NCBI RefSeq assembly: GCF_030345715.1
Contig: NZ_JAUASX010000003.1
Coordinates: 129,276 to 153,275, forward strand
Direction: 5' to 3'
DNA length: 24,000 bases
DNA from: Solimonas sp. SE-A11
Lineage (GTDB): Bacteria > Pseudomonadota > Gammaproteobacteria > Nevskiales > Nevskiaceae
Shown here: positions 7,470 through 15,720 of the stretch, one piece after another
Layout of the letters: each line of letters starts with the position of its first letter
Position numbering within the stretch: the stretch's first letter is position 1
Position numbers and translations under genes: made by a program
Notes under the pieces: generated by a model
What the model was told of the DNA's origin: nothing
Databases searched by the model: none
Seen by the model: only the letters and a program-made list of their open reading frames with translations

Positions 7470-7497
7470 CGGAACAATGAGTCTTCGCATTGTTCCG
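7470..7497. promoter_or_regulatory. perfect 10-bp inverted repeat (operator- or hairpin-like) in a divergent promoter region
   Basis: CGGAACAATG (7470-7479), N8 spacer, CATTGTTCCG (7488-7497). It sits in a locally AT-richer stretch between the VOC start (7450, minus strand) and the hydratase start (7551, plus strand). Confidence 0.35.
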
Positions 7498-7550
7498 CAA
7501 TCAGATGGCGCTGTCGCGTCGGAGTGCCCGGCCGGCGGCTGGGCCTGTGC

Positions 7551-8525
7551 ATGAGCGTCATCGGCCTGGACGAGCTGCAGGCCCTGGCCATGCTGCCGGA
7601 GACGGCCAGCGGCTATTCCCCCTTCGGCGAGCCCTGCCTGCTGCTGGGCCTTGGCGATGCGGCCGAGCGCCGCTTGGGTGAATGGCTGCGCCGGTTGCCT
7701 TGCCCGGTGATCGGCATCGGCCGCGCGGATGCGCCGCTGGCGGCGGACTGCGACACGGTGGTGGATGACGAGCGTGCGGCGGCGCCGCTGCTGGCGGGCG
7801 TGCGCCGCAATCCCATCGCCGCCTCGGTGTTCGTGCAGTTGCTGCGCGCCACCGAGAACCTGCCGGTGCCGCATGCGCTGGCCATGGAGTCGCTGGCCTA
7901 TGCCACGCTGCAGGGTGGCGTGGAGTTCCGCCGCTGGCTGGAGGGGCGGCCGGCGCCGCAGCCCCCACCCCGGGAAGCAGGGCCTGCCGTGCTGCTGTCA
8001 CGCACGGCAGATGGGCTGCACCTGACGCTGAACCGGCCGGAGCGGCGCAACAGCATGTCGGTGGAGATGCGTGACGCCCTGGTTGAGGCGCTGCAGCTGG
8101 CGCTGGCCGACGATGCCGTCTGCGCCGTCCGTATCGACGGGGTCGGCAAGTGCTTCAGCACCGGTGGCGAGCTGGACGAGTTCGGCACCGCGCCGGACCC
8201 GGCCACGGCGCACGCCGTGCGCAGCCTTACCGTGCCGGGGCGCCTGCTGGCGGCCTGTGCGGAACGCGCGGAGGCGAGGGTGCATGGCGCCTGCATCGGC
8301 TCCGGCATCGAATTCCCCGCCTTCGCCGGAAGAGTCGTCGCGGCGCCGGATGCCTGGTTCCAGTTGCCGGAACTGCAGTTCGGCCTGATCCCCGGTGCCG
8401 GCGGCTGCGTCAGCATCCCGCGGCGCATCGGCCGCCAGCGTGCAGCCTGGATGGTGCTGGGCGGCAAGCGGATCGACGCCGCCACCGCCCGGGACTGGCG
8501 CTTGGTGGATGCTGTAGAGCCCTAG
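7551..8525 (+). CDS. enoyl-CoA hydratase/isomerase (crotonase) family protein with atypical N-terminal region
   Basis: In-frame ATG at 7551. The crotonase core is in the C-terminal half (LTLNRPERRNSMS, KCFSTGGEL, HGACIGSGIEF, PELQFGLIPGAGG). The start codon is uncertain because no clear SD is present. Confidence 0.75.
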   Translation: MSVIGLDELQALAMLPETASGYSPFGEPCLLLGLGDAAERRLGEWLRRLPCPVIGIGRADAPLAADCDTVVDDERAAAPLLAGVRRNPIAASVFVQLLRATENLPVPHALAMESLAYATLQGGVEFRRWLEGRPAPQPPPREAGPAVLLSRTADGLHLTLNRPERRNSMSVEMRDALVEALQLALADDAVCAVRIDGVGKCFSTGGELDEFGTAPDPATAHAVRSLTVPGRLLAACAERAEARVHGACIGSGIEFPAFAGRVVAAPDAWFQLPELQFGLIPGAGGCVSIPRRIGRQRAAWMVLGGKRIDAATARDWRLVDAVEP

Positions 8526-8839
8526 CGGGCGTTGGCCTCGGTCACGGCCTCATTGATGCGCATCTGGATGCGCGCCATGTCGGCGTTGCCGGCGTTCATG
8601 TAATCGGTGATGCACTTGGAGTAGACCTGCGCCCTCTGGTTGTAGATGCGCACCTCGCCGTTGTAGGCCAGGGCCTCGGCGCTGCCGCCGACGCCGGAGG
8701 GCATCTGCGGCATCACCGGCTTGCTGCAGGAATGCGCGGGGTAGCCGCCCGGGGGCAGCAGGGTCGGCTCCTCGGCCAGGGCACTGCCACAGAAAAGGAG
8801 GGCCGCGAGGGCGGGGGCAAGAATCAGGCGGTTGCGCAT
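8522..8839 (-). CDS. hypothetical secreted protein
   Basis: In-frame ATG at 8839 gives the signal peptide MRNRLILAPALAALLFCGSALA. The mature part has two Cys. High third-position GC. No family recognised. Confidence 0.5.
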   Translation of the reverse strand: MRNRLILAPALAALLFCGSALAEEPTLLPPGGYPAHSCSKPVMPQMPSGVGGSAEALAYNGEVRIYNQRAQVYSKCITDYMNAGNADMARIQMRINEAVTEANAR

Positions 8840-8955
8840 GCTGGGTCTCGAGGAAGAAGGCCTTGCTAGGACGTAACGATCTGCGATCATCGCGGTGGCC
8901 GCAACCTGCCGCCGTCGTCAGGTTCGTGTAACGCCCAGAGGAGTCCGGGGTACCC

Positions 8956-9228
8956 ATGAAGTTTCTCTTCTTCCTGGCGGTCGTGGCGGCGGTCTTCCTG
9001 TGGCTGCGGTCGCTGGTGTTGCGACAGGGCAACCGGCAGGACTCCACGGCGGGGCGGGGCAGCAACCAGGCCAGCGCGCCTGCCGACAGCTATGCCAATC
9101 CCTACGAACCGCGGGACTACGATGGTGGCTGCCGCCCCCAGGACGCGGACGGCGCGGGCGGTTCCGACAGCGACAGCAGCTCCAGTGGTGACGGTGGCGG
9201 GAGCGATGGTGGAGGCGGCAGCGACTGA
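8956..9228 (+). CDS. small membrane-anchored protein with acidic Gly/Ser/Asp-rich tail
   Basis: N-terminal TM helix MKFLFFLAVVAAVFLWL, then a disordered tail ending GGSDSDSSSSGDGGGSDGGGGSD. G/C-dominated third codon positions. The stop lies 3 nt before the acpH start. Confidence 0.45.
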   Translation: MKFLFFLAVVAAVFLWLRSLVLRQGNRQDSTAGRGSNQASAPADSYANPYEPRDYDGGCRPQDADGAGGSDSDSSSSGDGGGSDGGGGSD

Positions 9229-9231
9229 GAC

Positions 9232-9798
9232 ATGAATTTCCTGGCCCATCTCTGGCTGGCCGAGCGCAGCGCCACCTCGCTGCCGGGCGCGATCCTCGGC
9301 GACATCGTCCATGGGCGTGACCTGTCCGCCTATCCGGACGACATCGTCACCGGCATCCGCCTGCACCGGCGCATCGACGTGCTGACCGACAGCCACCCGG
9401 GCATCGTTGCCCTGCGCAGTGGCTATCCGCAGGGCGCGCGCCGCTATGCCGGCATCCTGCTGGACCTGGTCTGCGACCATGCGCTGATCCTGGATTGGGA
9501 GCGGTATGCCGACGAGCCGCTAGCGGATTTCTGCCGGCGCAGTGCGCAACAGGTGGCGGAAGGCGCCGAGTGGTTCCAGCTCGCCGGTGCCCGCCGGCCG
9601 CAGGCCGAGAGCTTTTCGCAGTTGCTGCTGTCTTATGGGGAGCCGCAGGGCATCGATCAGGCGATCCGCCGCACCGCGCAGCGCCTGAGCCGGCCGCAGG
9701 CCTTGCTGGAGGCAGGGTCCGGCTGGCGTGAGGTGCTGCCGGCCCTGCGTGAAACCCTGCCGTCGCTGCTGCAGGATCTGTGCCAGGCACAAATCTAG
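9232..9798 (+). CDS. acpH: acyl carrier protein phosphodiesterase (AcpH family)
   Basis: The N-terminus MNFLAHLWLA... and HRRIDVLTDSHP, at about 190 aa, match the AcpH family as I know it. Confidence 0.7.
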   Translation: MNFLAHLWLAERSATSLPGAILGDIVHGRDLSAYPDDIVTGIRLHRRIDVLTDSHPGIVALRSGYPQGARRYAGILLDLVCDHALILDWERYADEPLADFCRRSAQQVAEGAEWFQLAGARRPQAESFSQLLLSYGEPQGIDQAIRRTAQRLSRPQALLEAGSGWREVLPALRETLPSLLQDLCQAQI

Positions 9799-10935
<1,137 letters not shown>

Positions 10936-10964
10936 GTAATGCCCAGGCATCTCTGATTTGGTTG

Positions 10965-11057
10965 CCGTTCGCCCTGAGCCTGTCGAAGGGGGGCGGCAAC
11001 TCGTTGACGGACCTGGCGGGAAATCCGCCCATGCTTCGACGGGCTCAGCACGAACGG
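10965..11057. repeat. REP/MITE-like hairpin element, copy B (inverted relative to copy A)
   Basis: Arms CCGTTCGCCCTGAGCCTGTCGAAG (10965-10988) and CTTCGACGGGCTCAGCACGAACGG (11034-11057). The left arm is 24/24 identical to the reverse complement of the copy A right arm. It lies between convergent genes. Confidence 0.7.
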
Positions 11058-11074
11058 ACTTCTTCAGGGGTTCC

Positions 11075-13213
11075 CTAGACGGTCGCTAGGGCCTGATCGA
11101 GCATCAGCGCCTCGAAGCGCTCTGCCGGCATCGGCCGGGCCAGGTAGAAGCCCTGCAGTTCATCGCAGCCGTTGGCGCCGAGGAATGCCTGCTGCTCGGC
11201 GGTCTCCACGCCCTCGGCCAGTACGCGCAGGTCCAGGTTGTGGCCCAGCGAGATGATCGCCCGGACGATCGCGGCCGAGTCCGGGTCCGTGGTGACCTCG
11301 CGCAGGAAGGAGCGGTCGATCTTCAGTGACTGCACCGGGAAGCGCTTGAGCTGGCTCAGGCTGGAATAGCCGGTGCCGAAGTCGTCCATCGACAGGCGCA
11401 CACCCAGCGCCCGCAGACGCTGCAGGATGGCCGCCGCCTGTTCGGCGTCCGGCAGCACCATGCTCTCGGTGACCTCCAGCTCCAGCAGCTCCGCCGGTAG
11501 GCCGGTTTCCGCGAGCACCGCCGACACCGTGGCGGCAATGTCGCCATGCACGATCTGGCGGCGCGACAGGTTCACCGACACGGGTATGGGGCCGATGCCG
11601 CTGTCGAGCCAGGCGCGGTTCTGCAGGCAGGCCGTGCGCATCACCCAGTGGCCCATGGCCAGGATCAGCCCGGTCTCCTCGGCCAGGGGGATGAAGGTCT
11701 CCGGCATCACCATGCCTTCCGGAGACTCCCAGCGCAGCAGGGCCTCGGCACCGGTGATCAGGCCGCTGCGCAGGTCGAACTTGGGCTGGTAGTGCAGGCG
11801 GAACTCGTCGCGCTCGATGGCCTGGCCCATGCGAGTCAGCAGCTCCAGCCGCCCGGCCACGCCGGCCTGCAATTCATCGGTGTAGTACTGCACGTTGTTG
11901 CGCCCGGCTTCCTTGGCGCGGTACATCGCCATGTCGGCGTTGCGCAGCAGCGCGGTGGCGTCCTCGCCGTCGCCGGGGAACAGGCTGATGCCGATGCTGC
12001 AGGTCACGCGCAGTTCACGGCCGCCGAGCGCACAGGGCTGGCAAATCGCGTCCAGCATCAGCCCGGCGAGATAGGCGATGCTGCCGCGGTGGGTGCGCGG
12101 CAGCAGCACCACGAACTCGTCGCCACTTTGGCGCGCCACCACGGCGCCGTCGCGCAGGCAGGCGCGCAGGCGCTGGGCCATAGTGCGCAACAGGGCGTCA
12201 CCGCTGTGATGACCGAGGGTATCGTTGATCAGCTTGAACTGGTCCAGGTCGATGAAGGCCACGGCCACCTGGTCGCCCTGCTCCCGGGCGACATCCAGTG
12301 CCTGCTGCAGGCGTTCCTGCAGCAGCAGACGGTTGGGCAGGCCGGTGAGGGCATCGTGCGTGGCCTGGTAGCGCATCGCGGCGTCGTGCAGCTTGCGCTC
12401 GGTGATGGCCTCCACCGTGCCCTCGTACATCAGCAACTGCCCTTCGGCGTCGCGTACCTCGCGGGCGTTCTCCGAGATCCACATGACGCTGCGGTCTCGG
12501 CGGTAGACCTGCGACTCGAAGTTGGTCACGGAGCCGTCGCGGGCCATGGCCGTCATGAACTGGGCGCGCCGGCCGGGCTCCACGTAGAGCTGGCGGTCGA
12601 TGTCGCGCAGAAGGGCGATGAGCTGCTCCGGCGAGTCGTAGCCGTACATGCGTGCCAGCGCCGGGTTGACGGTGACGTAGCCGGCATCCGGCGTGGACTG
12701 GAAGATGCCCTCGATGGCGTTCTCGAAGATGCTGCGGTAGCGGCGCTCGGCCTCCGCCAGGGATTCCTCCGAGCGCTTGCGCTCGGTAATGTCCTGGATG
12801 ATGCCCTCCAGCGACTCCACCTGGCCCCGCTCGTCGAAATTGCCGGCGCCGCGCTCCCAGACCCAGCGGCTGCTGCCGTCGGCGTGGGCGATGCGGTATT
12901 CCACCTCGTAGCGGCGACGTTCACTCAGGGCGGCATCCACCGAGGACCGCACGCCGGCCCGGTCGTCCGGGTGCATCAGCTGCTCGAAGGACAGTCGCCG
13001 GTTCAGGATCAGGTCCTGCGGCTGGTAGCCGGTCAGCGCCAGGCAGCCCTCGCTGACGAACTCCATGGTCCAGTGCTCGTCGTGGCGGCAACGGTAGATC
13101 ATGCCGTCGACGTTCGACAGCAGGGTAGTGAGCAGCCGCTCCCGCTGCTTGACCCCATCAAGTCCTGGCACGCGGCCCTCATTGGCCTTGCTGCGCTTCT
13201 GCGACTCTGGCAT
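11075..13213 (-). CDS. PAS-PAS-GGDEF-EAL cyclic-di-GMP signalling protein
   Basis: 712 aa with two PAS-like regions. The GGDEF domain carries SGDEF (ARQSGDEFVVLL). The EAL domain has EALLRW, VSVNLS, ELEVTES, DDFGTGYSS, KIDRSF, EGVE and QGFY. Confidence 0.9.
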   Translation of the reverse strand: MPESQKRSKANEGRVPGLDGVKQRERLLTTLLSNVDGMIYRCRHDEHWTMEFVSEGCLALTGYQPQDLILNRRLSFEQLMHPDDRAGVRSSVDAALSERRRYEVEYRIAHADGSSRWVWERGAGNFDERGQVESLEGIIQDITERKRSEESLAEAERRYRSIFENAIEGIFQSTPDAGYVTVNPALARMYGYDSPEQLIALLRDIDRQLYVEPGRRAQFMTAMARDGSVTNFESQVYRRDRSVMWISENAREVRDAEGQLLMYEGTVEAITERKLHDAAMRYQATHDALTGLPNRLLLQERLQQALDVAREQGDQVAVAFIDLDQFKLINDTLGHHSGDALLRTMAQRLRACLRDGAVVARQSGDEFVVLLPRTHRGSIAYLAGLMLDAICQPCALGGRELRVTCSIGISLFPGDGEDATALLRNADMAMYRAKEAGRNNVQYYTDELQAGVAGRLELLTRMGQAIERDEFRLHYQPKFDLRSGLITGAEALLRWESPEGMVMPETFIPLAEETGLILAMGHWVMRTACLQNRAWLDSGIGPIPVSVNLSRRQIVHGDIAATVSAVLAETGLPAELLELEVTESMVLPDAEQAAAILQRLRALGVRLSMDDFGTGYSSLSQLKRFPVQSLKIDRSFLREVTTDPDSAAIVRAIISLGHNLDLRVLAEGVETAEQQAFLGANGCDELQGFYLARPMPAERFEALMLDQALATV

Positions 13214-13311
13214 GAGCCCAGGGACAGCAAAAGGCGGGCCAAGAGCTCGCCGGACGGGGCCGTCTCACCCGATTGGGCGAAGCGCCCGGGCCACCGGAGC
13301 CCCTAATCTGG

Positions 13312-13332
13312 CTGGTAAGTCAGACTCACCAG
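13312..13332. promoter_or_regulatory. 21-bp near-perfect palindrome, candidate operator upstream of the acyl-CoA dehydrogenase
   Basis: CTGGTAAGTC-A-GACTCACCAG has 9 of 10 arm positions complementary. It ends 16 nt before the ATG at 13348. Confidence 0.35.
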
Positions 13333-13347
13333 AACTACGGAACCCTC

Positions 13348-14556
13348 ATGGCGAACAGCACTTCTTCCGACCGTCCCTCCGTCCTGCAGGCCTTTTCGGG
13401 CCTGTCCCACGACGAGATGGAAATCCTGGCCCAGGCCGATCGCTTCGGCCAGAACGAGCTGTACCCCCTGGCACAGCGCATGGACGACGAGGAATGGTGG
13501 CCCAGCGAGATCTTCCCCAAGATCGGCGCCACCGGTTACTTCGGCATCACCGCCCCCGAGCAATACGGCGGCTCGGGCATGGACGTGTTCACCTCCGGCC
13601 TGATCCTGCAGGCCTTCTCGCGCTGGAACCACGCCCTGGCCCTGGCCTGGGTGGCGCACGAGAACCTGTGCATGAACAACATCCTGGCCAATGCCAACGA
13701 GACCCAGCGCCAGAAGTACCTGCCGGGCCTGAACAGCGGCAAGCTGATCGGCGCCCTTGGCCTGACCGAGCCGGGTGCCGGCTCCGACGCCATCGGGTCC
13801 ATGCGCACCACCGCGCGCCGCGAGGGCGACTTCTACGTCCTCAACGGCCGCAAGATCTACATCACCAACGGCCCGGTGGCCGACGTGCTGCTGGTCTACG
13901 CCAAGACCGACAAGGAAAAGGGCAACCAGGGTGTCTCGGCCTTCATCGTCGAGAAGGACGCCCCCGGCTTCAAGGTCGCCCAGAAGCTGATCAAGATGGG
14001 CTTCCGTGGCTCTCAGACCGCCGAGCTGGTGTTCGACGAGTGCAAGGTGCCGGCTGCCAACCTGGTGGGCGAGGAGAACAAGGGCGTGCGCGTGGTCATG
14101 TCCGGCCTGGACCTGGAGCGCGCCATGATCTCGCCGATCAACCTGGGCATCGCCGAGCGCGCACTGGCGCTGTCGCTGGACTACGCCAAGCAGCGCAAGC
14201 AGTTCGGCCAGTCCATCTCCAATTTCCAGATGGTGCAGTCGATGCTGGCGGAGATGTACACCTGGGTGGAGTCCATGCGCCTGTACACCTACCAGGTGCT
14301 GCGCGCCGCCAACACGGTGGGCGAGGGCGAGGGCGGGCGCGGCGACATCCACAAGCTCACCGCCGCCGGCGTGATGTACACCGCCGAGACGCTCAACAAG
14401 GTGCTCAACCACGCCGTGCAGATCCACGGCGGCAGCGGCTACATCTGGGAGTCCGAGATCAACCGCCTGTACCGCTCGATCAAGCTGCTGGAGATCGGCG
14501 CCGGTACCACCGAAGTGCGCAAGATGATCATTGCCCAGGAACTGCTCCGGTCCTGA
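13348..14556 (+). CDS. acyl-CoA dehydrogenase, isovaleryl-CoA dehydrogenase-like
   Basis: In-frame ATG at 13348 (MANSTSS). Motifs seen: GLTEPGAGSD, ITNGPVADV, ENKGVRVVMSGLDLER and a C-terminal LEIGAGTTEVRKMII resembling the IVD-type YEIGAGTSEV. Confidence 0.9.
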   Translation: MANSTSSDRPSVLQAFSGLSHDEMEILAQADRFGQNELYPLAQRMDDEEWWPSEIFPKIGATGYFGITAPEQYGGSGMDVFTSGLILQAFSRWNHALALAWVAHENLCMNNILANANETQRQKYLPGLNSGKLIGALGLTEPGAGSDAIGSMRTTARREGDFYVLNGRKIYITNGPVADVLLVYAKTDKEKGNQGVSAFIVEKDAPGFKVAQKLIKMGFRGSQTAELVFDECKVPAANLVGEENKGVRVVMSGLDLERAMISPINLGIAERALALSLDYAKQRKQFGQSISNFQMVQSMLAEMYTWVESMRLYTYQVLRAANTVGEGEGGRGDIHKLTAAGVMYTAETLNKVLNHAVQIHGGSGYIWESEINRLYRSIKLLEIGAGTTEVRKMIIAQELLRS

Positions 14557-14577
14557 GGATACGAATAAACCTACTCC

Positions 14578-14651
14578 GCAGCCCGAGCTTGCATCTCCGG
14601 TGCTCGCCATACTTCAGTACGGCTCCGCTCCTCGATCCAAGCTCGGGCTGC
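14578..14651. repeat. perfect 14-bp inverted repeat enclosing a 46-nt loop
   Basis: GCAGCCCGAGCTTG (14578-14591) and CAAGCTCGGGCTGC (14638-14651). It lies within a 173-nt lower-GC intergenic region. Confidence 0.5.
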
Positions 14652-14729
14652 TCGCTAGGGTTTCTTCGCATCCTCAAGGGCGTGTGAAGACCAAGAGCAA
14701 ACAGCTGAAGACACGAGTGCAGGAAGGTC

Positions 14730-15587
14730 ATGACTGTTGATGTAGAAGCCCTCAACGACCCCGAGACCCTCTGGAACGCGGAGACGGTCTACCGCTCCGA
14801 CCTGTTCAAGGGCAAGGTCGCCCTGGTGTCCGGCGGCGGCAGCGGTATCGGCCGCGCCGTGGCGCTGCTGTTCGCGCGCCTGGGGGCCACGCTGGTGATC
14901 TGCGGCCGCACGGCCGAGAAGCTGGAGAAGGTGGCGGCCTTCGTGCGGGGCAAGGGCGGCACCGTGCTGGTGGTGCCCACCAACGTGCGCGAGCCGGAGC
15001 AGGTGGAGGCGCTGTACCAGCACATCCACGCCGAGTATGGCCGCCTGGACTACGTGGTCAACAATGCCGGAGGCCAGTTCCCCCAGAACGCCATCGACTA
15101 CGCCCCCAAGGGCTGGGCGGCGGTGATCAACAACAACCTCAACGGTAGCTGGTACATGATGCAGCGCGCCGCGCAGTACTGGCGCGACGTGAAGACTCCC
15201 GGCTCCATCGTCAACATCGTGGTGGTGACCGAGCGCGGCATGCCGGGCGTGGCCCATACCGTGGCGGCGCGCGCCGGCATTATCGGTGCCTCACGCACCG
15301 TGGCGGTGGAGTGGGCGCCGCTGGGCATCCGCGTCAACTGCGTGGCACCGGGCCTGACGGCCACCGAAGGGCTGGAGGTCTACCCGCCCGAGGCGCAGAA
15401 GGAGTTCCCCCTGGCCAACCCGCTGAAGAGGCCGGGTACGCCCATGGAGATCGCCGAATCCTGCATCTACCTCTCGGCGTCCTCGGGCAGCTTCATCACC
15501 GGCGAAGTGCTGACGGTGGATGGCGGTGGCAAGCTCTGGGGCGAGCTCTGGACCGCCGGCCGGCCGGACTACTACCGCCAGGGCTGA
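14730..15587 (+). CDS. SDR family oxidoreductase, peroxisomal trans-2-enoyl-CoA reductase (PECR)/dienoyl-CoA reductase-like
   Basis: Motifs seen: KVALVSGGGSGIGRAV, VNNAGGQF, GSIVNIVV, AARAG and ITGEVLTVDGG. The pattern closely parallels PECR-type SDRs. Confidence 0.8.
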   Translation: MTVDVEALNDPETLWNAETVYRSDLFKGKVALVSGGGSGIGRAVALLFARLGATLVICGRTAEKLEKVAAFVRGKGGTVLVVPTNVREPEQVEALYQHIHAEYGRLDYVVNNAGGQFPQNAIDYAPKGWAAVINNNLNGSWYMMQRAAQYWRDVKTPGSIVNIVVVTERGMPGVAHTVAARAGIIGASRTVAVEWAPLGIRVNCVAPGLTATEGLEVYPPEAQKEFPLANPLKRPGTPMEIAESCIYLSASSGSFITGEVLTVDGGGKLWGELWTAGRPDYYRQG

Positions 15588-15720
15588 CCCGCAGTTCATC
15601 CAGACGGGGTACGTCCAGTCATTGGACATCATGCAAATCTAACCGGCACAAGAATTCCGGTTTCGCTACAATGTTGCAGTGCAGCATGACGAGGCCCGGA
15701 ACCACCGGGAGAGGTGCGCG

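Noticed and set aside
6582-7874. 430-aa minus-strand ORF as a single gene
   Set aside because: Only the last 132 codons (from ATG 6980) look like a protein (a cupin). The upstream part overlaps the VOC gene and the hydratase gene in other frames or strands and is Arg/Gly/Pro-rich.
9150-9228. GGC/AGC/GAC-rich stretch as a tandem DNA repeat or contingency locus
   Set aside because: It is not a strict tandem repeat at the DNA level. It is a low-complexity coding bias for Gly/Ser/Asp, and no unit repeats exactly three or more times.
11546-13306. 586-aa plus-strand ORF antisense to the GGDEF-EAL gene
   Set aside because: The composition is Ala/Gly/His/Val/Arg-rich and low-complexity with no recognisable motif. 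It mirrors a minus-strand gene with unambiguous PAS/GGDEF/EAL motifs. This is a typical antisense open frame of a high-GC genome.
13101-14687. 528-aa plus-strand alternative-frame ORF, and the 435-aa minus-strand ORF 13303..14610, over the acyl-CoA dehydrogenase
   Set aside because: Both are Arg/Pro/Gly-rich with no domain signature. The 13348..14556 frame has clear ACAD motifs along its full length.
15640-15690. TACAAT -10-like hexamer upstream of the LolA-like gene as a promoter
   Set aside because: There is no acceptable -35 at 16-18 nt spacing (CGGCAC/GGCACA) and no extended -10 TG. It is not supportable from sequence alone.
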